Shown here one piece after another: positions 1 to 8,901 of a DNA stretch of 64,000 nt (position 1 is the first letter of the stretch; each line of letters opens with the position of its first letter). The notes below the pieces were generated by a model. That model searched no databases. It was given only the letters and a program-made list of their open reading frames with translations, and had not been told where the DNA came from. A program made the position numbers and the translations under genes. Source of the stretch: a bacterium (GTDB taxonomy: Bacteria; Verrucomicrobiota; Verrucomicrobiia; Limisphaerales; RI-55); assembly GCA_031362805.1 (NCBI GenBank), contig JANLTG010000034.1, positions 5,553 to 69,552 on the forward strand, given 5' to 3'.

Positions 1-2065
1 GTTCTTTCCGCACGTGATCGGCGAGAAAGGCCACCTTGTCCTCGTTGCGCCCCTTGATCGTGATCAATGCGATGCGCGAGAGCGGCGGGTACTTGAGCTG
101 TTCACGGAACTCGAGCTCCTGTTCGTAGAAACCGACGAAGTCATGCTTGCGCGCGTATTGGATCGCCGGATGAAACGGCGTGAACGCCTGCACGAACACC
201 TCGCCCTCGATGTCACCGCGCCCGGCCCGGCCTGCCACTTGGGTGAGCAATTGAAACGTCCGCTCGCCCGCGCGAAAGTCGGGCAGGTGCAGGCTGAGGT
301 CGGCGTAAATGATCCCGACGAGGGTTACGTTCGGGAAGTGCAGGCCTTTGGCGATCATCTGCGTGCCGACGAGGATGTCGATCTTGCCCAGGCGAAACTC
401 GGTCAGGATGCGCCGAAAGTCGTCCTTCTTCTTGAGCGTGTCGGAATCCATCCGGGCCAGCTTCGCGTGCGGGAAACCCTGGATCAGTGCGTCCTCGAGC
501 TTCTCCGTGCCCAGGCCGGCGTAGCGAATCTCGCGGCTGCCACATTTCGCTTCCGGGCATTTGGTCGGCGCCGGCGAATCAAAGCTGCAGATGTGGCACT
601 TCAGCTTCTGTTCCTTGCGGTGATAGGTGAGCGCGACGCTGCAATTCGGGCATTGCGCCACAAACCCGCACGCCGGGCATTGCAATGAGGTCGCGTAGCC
701 GCGGCGGTTGAGAAACAAGATCGTCTGCTCCTTGCGTTCGAGTCGCTGTAGGATGGCTTCGCGTAACTGCACCGAAAAGATGGGCGAGCCCTTTTGCCGG
801 CGCATCTCCTGGCGCATGTCCACGACGCGGACGATCGGCATCTTCGCGTTGTCGGCGCGATGGGGAAGTTCCAGCAAGCCATATTTGCCCTTCTTCGCGT
901 TGAAGTAACTTTCCATGGAGGGCGTGGCCGAGCCGAGCACGACCACCGCGCCTTCGCGTTGACCGCGCAAGACCGCCACATCCCGCGCATGATAGCGGGG
1001 CGCTTCCTCCTGCTTGTAGGAATGCTCGTGTTCCTCATCGACGATGATCAAGCCGAGCGGTTCGATCGGGGCGAAGATCGCCGAGCGCGCGCCGATGACG
1101 ATCTTCGCGCGGCCCTGGCGAATCTTGTGCCACTCATCGTGCTTCTCCCCGGCGGACAAATGACTGTGCAAAACGGCGACCAGCGTCCGCAGTGGGCCGC
1201 AACTGAATCGCGCCTTGAACCGCTCGACCGTTTGCGGCGTCAGCGAAATCTCCGGCACGAGCACGATGGCGCCCTTGCCTTGCGCCAGCGTGTGCGCGAT
1301 GGCCTGAAGGTAAACCTCGGTCTTGCCGCTGCCGGTCACGCCGTGGAGAAGAAAAGTCGAGCGCGGGCGGGTGGGCGGGTGGGCCGGTGAGTTGGGTGAT
1401 GCTGGCCCCGTCTCGCCCACTTTCGAACCTTGGTCGTCCAGGCTCGCGACGATGACCTTGAGTGCCGCGGCCTGTTCCGCGTTCAATGCCAGGGTTTGCG
1501 TCGGCAGGATGGTCTCGTCGGCGTAGGGATCACGTTCAATGGTTTGTGAACTGATCAGCAGCAGGCCCTTGTCTTCCAATCTTCGGATCGTGTCCGCCGT
1601 CGTTTCGCCGAGGCGCAGCAGTTCCTGCAACGGTAGCTCGCGCCACTCCTCGAGGATGTTCCAGACTTGGGTCTGCTTCTTGGTGAGCTTGGGCAACTCG
1701 GCCGGCGGCGGCAGCGCACGGGCAAACAGCCGCTTCTTCCAGCCGTCCTTTTCCTGGCGCACGGATTCAGGCAGGACGCTCTTCAGCGCCGTCTCCAGCG
1801 GGCAGCAATAGTAGTCGGCAATCCAGCGGGCAAGCTCGAGCACCCGCGGGGTGACAAGGCTCTTGCCGCCGACCACTTTGATGATTGATTTCAGGTTGGT
1901 GTGCGGCGAGTCGGCACGCACTTCGGTGACGATGCCCAAGACCTGGCGATGACCGAACGGCACTTTCACGCGCGAGCCATTGTCCACCAGTGCGCGCAAA
2001 TCCTCCGGCACGAGGTAATCAAACTCGCGACGCAGCGCAATCTCGAGGGCAACGCGGGCAATCAT
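1..2065 (-). CDS. priA: Primosomal protein N' (replication-restart helicase PriA). The 3' end runs off the left window edge.
   Basis: Absent from the ORF track because no stop codon lies in the window. Hand translation of the reverse strand from the ATG at 2065-2063 gives MIARVALEIALRREFDYLVPEDL. Motifs: Walker A LHGVTGSGKTEVY (about 1345-1310), DEEH box LIIVDEEHEH (about 1050-1022), Cys-rich zinc region CPNCSVALTYHRKEQKL (about 650), helicase-C motif GTQMIAKGLHFPNVTLVG (about 365-315). The frame was checked as consistent at positions 1360, 1060, 658, 370 and 58. Confidence 0.9.
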   Translation of the reverse strand, partial: MIARVALEIALRREFDYLVPEDLRALVDNGSRVKVPFGHRQVLGIVTEVRADSPHTNLKSIIKVVGGKSLVTPRVLELARWIADYYCCPLETALKSVLPESVRQEKDGWKKRLFARALPPPAELPKLTKKQTQVWNILEEWRELPLQELLRLGETTADTIRRLEDKGLLLISSQTIERDPYADETILPTQTLALNAEQAAALKVIVASLDDQGSKVGETGPASPNSPAHPPTRPRSTFLLHGVTGSGKTEVYLQAIAHTLAQGKGAIVLVPEISLTPQTVERFKARFSCGPLRTLVAVLHSHLSAGEKHDEWHKIRQGRAKIVIGARSAIFAPIEPLGLIIVDEEHEHSYKQEEAPRYHARDVAVLRGQREGAVVVLGSATPSMESYFNAKKGKYGLLELPHRADNAKMPIVRVVDMRQEMRRQKGSPIFSVQLREAILQRLERKEQTILFLNRRGYATSLQCPACGFVAQCPNCSVALTYHRKEQKLKCHICSFDSPAPTKCPEAKCGSREIRYAGLGTEKLEDALIQGFPHAKLARMDSDTLKKKDDFRRILTEFRLGKIDILVGTQMIAKGLHFPNVTLVGIIYADLSLHLPDFRAGERTFQLLTQVAGRAGRGDIEGEVFVQAFTPFHPAIQYARKHDFVGFYEQELEFREQLKYPPLSRIALITIKGRNEDKVAFLADHVRKE

Positions 2066-2192
2066 GAACGGCGGCCAGCCTTGAAACTCACGCTGCCCAA
2101 GTCAAGCGACGGCCGCGCAAAGAACCAGCCACCGGCGATCATGGTCCAAGGAATCACTTGCCCCGCTCTGGCCGGCACGCTACGAGAGCGCC

Positions 2193-2714
2193 ATGCAATC
2201 CCAACTTGTGCTGACGCTCATCGGCAAAGACCGGCCCGGGCTCGTGGAAGCCCTGGCCTCGACCGTGGCCGGCCACGGCGGCAACTGGCTGGAAAGCCGG
2301 ATGTGCCATCTCGGCGGCGAGTTCGCCGGCATCTTGCGTGTTGAACTTCCGGCTGACCGCGAAGCCGGCCTGACCGCCGGCCTGGCGCAACTCGACGCGC
2401 AAGGGTTGCAAGTGGTGGTGCGCCCCGATCGTCAACCTGTGGCGGTCCCCACCGCTGGCGCGACGATCGAGATCGTGGGCCAGGATCGTCCGGGTATTGT
2501 GAAGCAAATTGCCAAGGCGCTCGCCGAGCATCGGGTCAATGTCGAGGATCTCCACACCGAACGCACCTGCGCGCCGATGTCGGGGGAGATGCTCTTCCAG
2601 GCAACGATCGGGGTCACGGCTCCGGCCGGTTGCGATCTGGCGGCCGTCCGGCAGACCCTGGAGAAAATCGCCGCCGATTTGATGGTCGAGATCCACTTCA
2701 AGGAACCGGCTTGA
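2193..2714 (+). CDS. Tandem ACT-domain protein, GcvR-like (glycine cleavage system regulator family)
   Basis: 173-aa ORF with two halves of about 80 aa. Each half opens with an ACT-type motif (LTLIGKDRPGLVEAL and IEIVGQDRPGIVKQI). It lies divergent from priA. Confidence 0.6.
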   Translation: MQSQLVLTLIGKDRPGLVEALASTVAGHGGNWLESRMCHLGGEFAGILRVELPADREAGLTAGLAQLDAQGLQVVVRPDRQPVAVPTAGATIEIVGQDRPGIVKQIAKALAEHRVNVEDLHTERTCAPMSGEMLFQATIGVTAPAGCDLAAVRQTLEKIAADLMVEIHFKEPA

Positions 2715-2741
2715 AGTGGCGCCCGCCGCCGCGCCGCCGGC

Positions 2742-4736
2742 TTATGGCTCGCGCGACCAGGTGATGGTCGTGGTCTTCGTGGTCTGGCTGATCACCTTGC
2801 CGTCGGCGTCCAGCAGCTCCACCTCGATGGTATCCACATGGAGCGGACCCGTCGGTGTTTTGTCCGCGGCGACCGTGACCGGGATCAATTCGAGGCCTTG
2901 GCCCGCTTTGACGGGCACCGCTTCGGTCAGGAACCAATCGCTGCTGTACGGCTGCGTCGAGTTTTTCAAGCGCACGCGCAACTGGCCGCCGCCTGCCGGC
3001 AGATTATACGTGACGCTGGCGTAACCGCTCGTCGGGGTGCGTTGACGGAAGTCGGTGATCTCGACCGAGCTGGCTGACGCGGGCGTCGGTTCGGCGGCGA
3101 CGGGCGCGGCGCCACTTCCGGGAGCCCGCCACACCAGCAGCATGGTCGCGGTGTGCAACGGGATGGACTCGGCAGCCGTCGCGGTTTCACTGCCGTAAAT
3201 GAGCAGCCGGTCGGTCACCACGGTGCTGGCGGCCGCGGTGGGCTTGGCAAAGGCAACCTGCACCAGCGCGAATTTTTGCCGGCCGACTTCCTTGGGCTCG
3301 CATTGGAAGTAGTTTTTCACCGCGGGGTTGGCGGAGTGCTCCACATTCACGCCCATGAAACTGAACTTGTCCTTGCTGTCGAACTCGATGCCGATGGTCA
3401 TCTGGCTGCGGTCGAGGCTGCGATTCACGACATCGACATTGGTGATGCGCGTGCGCGACTTCTTGCCGGAATCCGGTTCTGGGTCCGCCGCCGCCGCGGA
3501 CGCAATGGCCTGCGCTTCCTGTTCTGCTTGCAAGCGGGTGGCTCCGGCGGCTTCCTGCTCCCCTTTGATGCGCGCAGCCTCGGCTGCTTGTGCCTCGGCC
3601 TGCTCCCGGGCTTTGGCCTCGGTGGTGGCGCGCTCCGACGCCACTCGTTTCGCCTCCTCTTCGGTGCGCACGCGCGCTTCAGCCGCAGTCTGCTGCTCGC
3701 CCAGGCGACGGGCTTCGGCTTGATCTTTCTTCTCAGCTTCGTCGCGGGCCTTCGCTTCGGCCGCAGCCTTGGCTTCGGCCTTCCGCTGCTCCTCAGCAAG
3801 CCGGACGGTTTCGGCCTCCGCCTGCTTCTGCTCCTGCTGGCGTTTTCGCGCCTCGCCTTCAAGTCGGGCTTTCTCCTGCGCCTCGGCCTGCGCCTTCGCA
3901 CTGGCTTCCGCTTTCTTGCGTTCACCATCAAGCCGGCGGGTCTCAGCTTCGGCTTTGGCGCGGGCTTCGTCGCGTGCTTTTGCCTCGGCGGCCGCCTGGG
4001 CTTCGGCTTTCCTTTTTTCATCAGCCCGGACTTTCGCTTCGGCGTCGGCCTTGGTGCGCGCCTCGGTGGCAGCTCGGGCTTCCGCCGCCGCCTTGGCGCG
4101 GGCGGTTTCACGTTCGGCGGTGTCGCGGCGTGCCTGCGCTTCCGCTTCGGCGGCGCGTTGGGCTTTCTCGCGCGCCCGGACTTCGGCCTCGCCGGCAAGC
4201 TGCGCCAGCTTGCGATCCGTTGCGGGAGCGGCCACGCCGCCGGACTTGGTTGGTTGCAGGCCTTCCTTGCCCCAGTTGATGGTCTTGAGTTCCGTGCTTC
4301 CGCCCACTCGGGCGGTGCCGGTCGAATTCAAAAACAGAATCCGGATCGAGTCGGTGGTGATCGTCGCGGGCGCGCCCGGTTCGTCGTTGAAGAATTTCAC
4401 CTTGATCGAGATCAGCCCTTTCCCGCGGGGCACCGAGACGCGATCCGCTCCGAACCAGCCGGACACGCCGCGTTGTTTCCGGCTCTCGATCACCGGCACG
4501 ATGAGCGCCGTCGGGCCGTTGTTCCCGTTGTAGGTGTACTCCATGATGAGCAACGTCTCAGTGCCATCGTCCGACATGGCGCCGACGCGCAGATTGGCCA
4601 CGCCCGAGGACGTGAGCCGCGAGTTCAATTCCGGCACCTCGATCGGTCGGGCCTGGCTCCAGAGCGAAGTGGGGATCATTGCGCTGAACAAAGCGCAGAG
4701 AATGGGAAAAGTGATGGTCTGGTGAAATCGATTCAT
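2742..4736 (-). CDS. Secreted hypothetical protein with a long A/E/K/R-rich charged helical region between beta-rich domains
   Basis: The track ORF is 2742-4886. The internal ATG at 4736 gives MNRFHQTITFPILCALFSAMIPTSLWSQA, a plausible signal peptide. About 255 residues (nt about 3449-4214) are almost only A/E/K/R/Q, with internal repeats (RKAEAQAAAEAKARDEA and RKAEAKAAAEAKARDEA). I recognise no family. Confidence 0.6.
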   Translation of the reverse strand: MNRFHQTITFPILCALFSAMIPTSLWSQARPIEVPELNSRLTSSGVANLRVGAMSDDGTETLLIMEYTYNGNNGPTALIVPVIESRKQRGVSGWFGADRVSVPRGKGLISIKVKFFNDEPGAPATITTDSIRILFLNSTGTARVGGSTELKTINWGKEGLQPTKSGGVAAPATDRKLAQLAGEAEVRAREKAQRAAEAEAQARRDTAERETARAKAAAEARAATEARTKADAEAKVRADEKRKAEAQAAAEAKARDEARAKAEAETRRLDGERKKAEASAKAQAEAQEKARLEGEARKRQQEQKQAEAETVRLAEEQRKAEAKAAAEAKARDEAEKKDQAEARRLGEQQTAAEARVRTEEEAKRVASERATTEAKAREQAEAQAAEAARIKGEQEAAGATRLQAEQEAQAIASAAAADPEPDSGKKSRTRITNVDVVNRSLDRSQMTIGIEFDSKDKFSFMGVNVEHSANPAVKNYFQCEPKEVGRQKFALVQVAFAKPTAAASTVVTDRLLIYGSETATAAESIPLHTATMLLVWRAPGSGAAPVAAEPTPASASSVEITDFRQRTPTSGYASVTYNLPAGGGQLRVRLKNSTQPYSSDWFLTEAVPVKAGQGLELIPVTVAADKTPTGPLHVDTIEVELLDADGKVISQTTKTTTITWSREP

Positions 4737-4964
4737 AAGTGCTGCCTTCCGAACGATAGGCGTCGAGCCAGTGAACATAAACTCCAAAATGACCCGCCGC
4801 GACCGCCTTTTGATCGCCGGAACGCACCAGGATGACAAATCGCTGGCAGGCTTGGGCTTCGGTTTTGTCGACATTTCCCATCCCAACTAGCAGCCGCAAT
4901 GCCGGGGGGACGCCGATATTGGCCCCGTCCGCCCGCGCTCGTCGGCCGCTGCCCGTGCTTGAGA

Positions 4965-4982
4965 GTGTCACCAAATTTTCAC
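4965..4982 (+). promoter_or_regulatory. Candidate Pho box upstream of the phoX-like gene
   Basis: GTGTCAC-CAAA-TTTTCAC: two 7-nt half sites with 11-bp periodicity. It resembles the E. coli Pho-box consensus CTGTCAT-A(A/T)A(T/A)-CTGTCAC and lies 31 nt upstream of the ATG at 5014. Based on sequence resemblance only. Confidence 0.3.
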
Positions 4983-5013
4983 CTGCCTTTCGCGCCGAAC
5001 GCGGGCAAGCTCT

Positions 5014-6678
5014 TTGCCCATGCCGTTGCCGAATTTGAAACGCCGTGAATTCGTTCAGTTCCTCGGGGCTTCCGCCGTCGTTGCGGCCGGTCATCGGTTG
5101 ATGCCGAACTGGCTCGTCGCGCGGGCGGATGATTCCCAGCCGACCGCCACGCCGTTGCTCGACAACCTGGACTTCAAACCTGCGCCGATCGCTCGCGGCG
5201 GAGACCTCACGCTCTCCGAGGGTTTCGATTATGAGGTGCTGCTCAAGCAGGGCGACGTGATCAATCCGCTGGGCGAGCAATACGGCGATCACAACGATTA
5301 CCTCGCCATCCTGCAGCGCGACGCGACGACCGGTTGGCTGTGGAGCAATCACGAGAACGCCACCATGAAGTTTCTCCTCCCCGGCGAGCAGGACGACACG
5401 TTGAAGTATGCCGAGACGCGCCTGCGCAACATCGGCGGCTCCTGCCTGCGCATCGAGAAACAGCCGGGCGGATCGTGGCGGCCCGTCCTGCCGCACGCGG
5501 ATAACTTCCGCGTGGACGGCCTGACCAGCCGGCTTCAGTTGACCGGTCCCGCCGCCGGTTCCAAATGGGTGGGTGACGCGCGCGAGGCGATCGGCAGCGT
5601 GGGGAATTGCGGCGGCGGCATCACGCCGTGGGGCACGTTCTGCACCGCCGAGGAAAATTTCAAAGACACCTGGGGCGATCCCGAGATGAAGGACAAAGCG
5701 CCCAACTCCATCAAGCATGTCCGCCGTCCCCCCGAGCATTACGGCTACATTTGCGAGATCGATCCGGACACGTGCGAGTTGTGCAAGCACACCGCGCTCG
5801 GCCGCTTCGCCCACGAAAACGTGGCCTTCACGCTCGCCCGCGACGGCCGGTTGGTGGCCTACACGGCGGATGACCGCGTCGCTCAATGCCTCTACAAGTT
5901 CATCTCGCGCGACAAATATGATCCCGCCGCGGGCAAGGCGAACCGGCGGTTGCTCGAGCACGGCACCCTGTACGTCGCTAACACCCGCAAGGGCCACTGG
6001 CTGGCGTTGGACCCCGCTACGAACCGCCAACTGCGCGACCAGGGATTCGACGCCGCGCGCGTGTGCGTCCACACCCGCACGGCGGCGAAGCTCGTGGGCG
6101 GCACGCCGCTCGCGCGGCCCGAGGACGTCGAGGTGCATCCGGTGACCGGTGAGGTTTATGTGGCGCTGACTTCCTGGGAGCCTCCCGGCATCGACAAGAG
6201 CAAGGCGGATTACTTTGCGGGCATTGCCGGGGCGCTCGGGCGGTTGCGGGAAGCGGATGGCGACGCCGGCGCGCTCGCGTTCAAGTTTGATATTCTGGTG
6301 CGCGGCTCGAAGAAGTCCGGGCTTACGTGGCCGGACAACCTGGCGTTCACCGAATCGAATCACCTGATCGTCGCCACCGATTACGAGTGCAAGCCCAAGC
6401 CTGCCAAGAACAGCTCGCAGGAACATTTCGGAAACAACTTCCTGGTGGTGGTGCCGACCTCCGGGCCGAAGAAACACCAGGTGCTGCGTTTTGCCGTGGC
6501 CCCGCACGGCGCCGAGTTTTGCGCGCCCACGCTGTCGCTCGATCGACAGGAACTCTGGCTGAACGTCCAGCATCCCGGCGACAGTAGTCCCGATTTGAAG
6601 AAGCTGACGAGCCACTGGCCGGGCGGCGGCGACGTGTTGCCGAAGTCGGCGATGGTGGCGATCCGAAGGAAGGGTTGA
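5014..6678 (+). CDS. phoX: PhoX-family (DUF839) alkaline phosphatase-like protein with a Tat signal
   Basis: 554-aa ORF. Twin-arginine motif LKRREFVQFLGASA at the N-terminus. GNCGGGITPWGTFCTAEENF matches the PhoX/DUF839 signature NC(A/G)GG-TPWGT--T-EEN. Confidence 0.8.
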   Translation: MPMPLPNLKRREFVQFLGASAVVAAGHRLMPNWLVARADDSQPTATPLLDNLDFKPAPIARGGDLTLSEGFDYEVLLKQGDVINPLGEQYGDHNDYLAILQRDATTGWLWSNHENATMKFLLPGEQDDTLKYAETRLRNIGGSCLRIEKQPGGSWRPVLPHADNFRVDGLTSRLQLTGPAAGSKWVGDAREAIGSVGNCGGGITPWGTFCTAEENFKDTWGDPEMKDKAPNSIKHVRRPPEHYGYICEIDPDTCELCKHTALGRFAHENVAFTLARDGRLVAYTADDRVAQCLYKFISRDKYDPAAGKANRRLLEHGTLYVANTRKGHWLALDPATNRQLRDQGFDAARVCVHTRTAAKLVGGTPLARPEDVEVHPVTGEVYVALTSWEPPGIDKSKADYFAGIAGALGRLREADGDAGALAFKFDILVRGSKKSGLTWPDNLAFTESNHLIVATDYECKPKPAKNSSQEHFGNNFLVVVPTSGPKKHQVLRFAVAPHGAEFCAPTLSLDRQELWLNVQHPGDSSPDLKKLTSHWPGGGDVLPKSAMVAIRRKG

Positions 6679-6746
6679 GCTGACCGCAATCGGGGTCAGA
6701 ACTCGGCGAAAATACTTCGAGGCAAATTCGCGCCCGCTACCTGCGC

Positions 6747-7895
6747 CTACAAAGCGTATTTCATTCCGCCCACGTGAATCGCTGTCAACCGAGGCGAAGG
6801 ATCTGCGCCCTCAGTGAGCACACAAAAATCAGCCGGCTGCCCGACCTTCAGTTCACTCGTCCAGCCCATGAACTCCGCGGGACGCAGCGATGACGCGAGC
6901 CACATTTCCTGCCAGGGCTTGCCGGTCATCTGCGTCGCGCGGAGCACACCCTCGAACGGCCGGAGCGCGGAGCCGGCGAAGTTGGCCTTGCCCGGTTGGC
7001 GCACGATGCCGTCGTCGCCGACCTCGAGCCGATGCGTTCCCAACGGATAGACGCCGGGTCCCGAACCCGCCGCGGCCATCGCATCCGTGGTGTGCATGAT
7101 TTGATACGGCTTCAGCAGACGGTGGATCAGCCGGAATAGCGCGGGCGAAACGTGGTGCGTGTCAGGGATCAAACTCACCGCCAGCCCCGGTGTGTCGAGG
7201 ACGCGCCAGAGAATGTTGTCGTGACGATCGAGCAGTTGCGGACAGGCATTGCCGAGGTGAGTGAAGCCCGTCGCGCCCGCCGCCACCGCCTGATGCAGTT
7301 GTTCCGAGGTCGCGTTCGTGTGTCCGAGGCAGACCTTCATCCCCAGTTCAACTGCCCGGCGAATGCTGTCATTTGCACCCGCTCGTTCGGGCGCCAGCGT
7401 GAGCAGTACGGGATCGTTGCCCGCCGCTGCGCGCAGTTCTTCAAGGTGCGCTAGCGTCGGGTCGATCATCTTCGCCGGATCATGCGCACCGCAGTAGCCC
7501 GGCTCCGGCGAAAGGAAAGGTCCCTCCAAATGCCAGCCGACGATCGCGGAGCGCAACTCTGGATTGTCGACCACCAGCGACCGGGCGCGTGTGAGCCGCG
7601 TCAGCATCACCGGCCAATGATCCGTGATCAGTGTGAGTAGAAAGCGCGTGCAACCATTGCGCCGCAGCGCCCGAACTGCGGTGAACAATTGTTCGCCGGT
7701 CAATGAGTCCTGCTGAAAATCGACGCCCGCATAGCCGTTGATCTGGAGATCAACCAGGGGTGGCGCGAGCCAGAGGTGTTCGCTCGCGGGTGATTCCTCG
7801 GCGGGCTGCACGCTCGTGATGACGCCGTTGGCCCACTCGATTTTCACCGGCATGCCGGTTCGCAGGAAGCGCGCGGTGACGGTGCCCGAGTTCAT
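6747..7895 (-). CDS. nagA: N-acetylglucosamine-6-phosphate deacetylase
   Basis: 382-aa ORF with amidohydrolase/NagA motifs: LVDLQINGYAGVDF, WHLEGPFLSPEPGYCGAH, CLGHTNAT, FTHLGNA. Confidence 0.85.
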   Translation of the reverse strand: MNSGTVTARFLRTGMPVKIEWANGVITSVQPAEESPASEHLWLAPPLVDLQINGYAGVDFQQDSLTGEQLFTAVRALRRNGCTRFLLTLITDHWPVMLTRLTRARSLVVDNPELRSAIVGWHLEGPFLSPEPGYCGAHDPAKMIDPTLAHLEELRAAAGNDPVLLTLAPERAGANDSIRRAVELGMKVCLGHTNATSEQLHQAVAAGATGFTHLGNACPQLLDRHDNILWRVLDTPGLAVSLIPDTHHVSPALFRLIHRLLKPYQIMHTTDAMAAAGSGPGVYPLGTHRLEVGDDGIVRQPGKANFAGSALRPFEGVLRATQMTGKPWQEMWLASSLRPAEFMGWTSELKVGQPADFCVLTEGADPSPRLTAIHVGGMKYAL

Positions 7896-8779
7896 GCGAT
7901 GGGCGCTGGCTCGCCAGTTTGACCAACCGTAATGGCTTTATCAGCGCGAGCCCCGGCGGTGCTGCGCTTGCGGAACAGCGAGTCCACCACATTGCGGACA
8001 TACTGTTCGTCGGCGATGCCGTCGCTCGTTTCAGCCGGAAAGGTGACCACCGCTCGAAAGTGCGTGGCCAGCTCGCTGAAAAGTTTGACCCGCTCGGCGG
8101 GATCGAAATCGTCGCGGCGCATCAAGGTACGCAACGCGAGGTCGGCCTCGGCGGGTGCCACGCGTTGGCGGAGGCGCGCCTCCAGATGGGGATGATTGCG
8201 GAGCGAGTTGAACTTGCCCGCCAGCAATTGCGCGACGTCCGGCGTCTCAAGCCGGGGCATGCGAATAACGACCGTGTTGGCCGCGATGTCGCCCAACCGT
8301 TGCGCGTGGCGGCTGAACAAACAGGCGAGCCCGCCCACCACGTAGAACACGGGCAGCGAATCGACGAACCGCAGGAGGTTGCGCACGACCACCTGGCTCG
8401 GTTGAAGCCGCATGCCTTCGATGTCCACAACGCGCAGGCGCAGCATTCGTTTGCCGACCGTTTGCCCGCGCCAGAACCACTCAAGCACTATGCTGTAGGA
8501 AATGGTCACCACGAACATCAACAGGACGGTGATGGCCTGCGCCATGTCGGGATTCACCAGACCGATCAGCGCGGCGATGAGGCCGATCACGTTCGTCACG
8601 ACCATGATGCAGAGGAGGTCCACGCCCCACGCCAGGAAGCGGGCGACCGGCCCGGCGAGGCGGGTGGCGAACACCACTCCTTCCGGCGTGCGAACGGTCA
8701 AGGTTTGGGCGCGGGTGCTCACGGTATTTTGGCTGGCCAGCGAGTGTGGCGGCAGTCGCCCGGCGCGGACAAGTCTCAA
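7892..8779 (-). CDS. RDD-family membrane protein
   Basis: 295-aa ORF with TM helices. RDD-type core: RFLAWGVDLL ... WRGQTVGKRMLRLRVVD ... RNLLRFVDSLP. Its stop overlaps the nagA start by 4 nt (7892-7895). Confidence 0.75.
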   Translation of the reverse strand: MRLVRAGRLPPHSLASQNTVSTRAQTLTVRTPEGVVFATRLAGPVARFLAWGVDLLCIMVVTNVIGLIAALIGLVNPDMAQAITVLLMFVVTISYSIVLEWFWRGQTVGKRMLRLRVVDIEGMRLQPSQVVVRNLLRFVDSLPVFYVVGGLACLFSRHAQRLGDIAANTVVIRMPRLETPDVAQLLAGKFNSLRNHPHLEARLRQRVAPAEADLALRTLMRRDDFDPAERVKLFSELATHFRAVVTFPAETSDGIADEQYVRNVVDSLFRKRSTAGARADKAITVGQTGEPAPIA

Positions 8780-8901
8780 GCGAGCCGGAACAACTTAGTT
8801 GGACGATTCGCTCTCGGGTGTGTTCCAAAAATCACCGGTTGCAAAATCCTGCTGCGCGTGGAACTGTCCGCCCACGTTTCCCGCAGAACTCTTGTTTTAC
8901 C

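Noticed and set aside
14-1390. Plus- and minus-strand ORFs 14-688, 601-1038 and 794-1390 offered by the track in the first 2 kb
   Set aside because: All overlap the priA frame, which carries unambiguous helicase and zinc-finger motifs but is missing from the track only because its stop lies outside the window.
3153-4835. 560-aa plus-strand ORF and a stack of overlapping ORFs in all frames across 3150-4840, with a repetitive nucleotide pattern that could suggest a tandem-repeat or CRISPR-like array
   Set aside because: The repetition is the A/E/K/R-rich coding repeat of the minus-strand gene 2742-4736. There are no regularly spaced identical repeats with unique spacers. The other frames translate to low-complexity R/P/G/L strings.
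4737-4886. Long N-terminal extensions of track ORFs (4886 for the coiled-coil protein; likewise 59361 for MMPL, 39651 for the repeat protein, 32150 for copC, 23875 for DUF2784 and 21121 for ALDH)
   Set aside because: In each case an internal ATG is immediately followed by a signal peptide, a TM helix or the conserved family N-terminus. The extension is Arg/Ser/Pro-rich and overlaps the neighbouring gene or promoter region.
4558-6615. 685-aa ORF on the minus strand
   Set aside because: It is entirely antisense to the well-supported PhoX-family CDS. The translation is Arg/Gly/Ala/Pro-rich with no motifs, the typical high-GC shadow ORF.
6680-6699. Hairpin CTGACC-gcaatcgg-GGTCAG between the convergent phoX-like and nagA genes, as a possible bidirectional terminator
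   Set aside because: The stem is only 6 bp and there is no U-tract on either strand, which is too weak to call.
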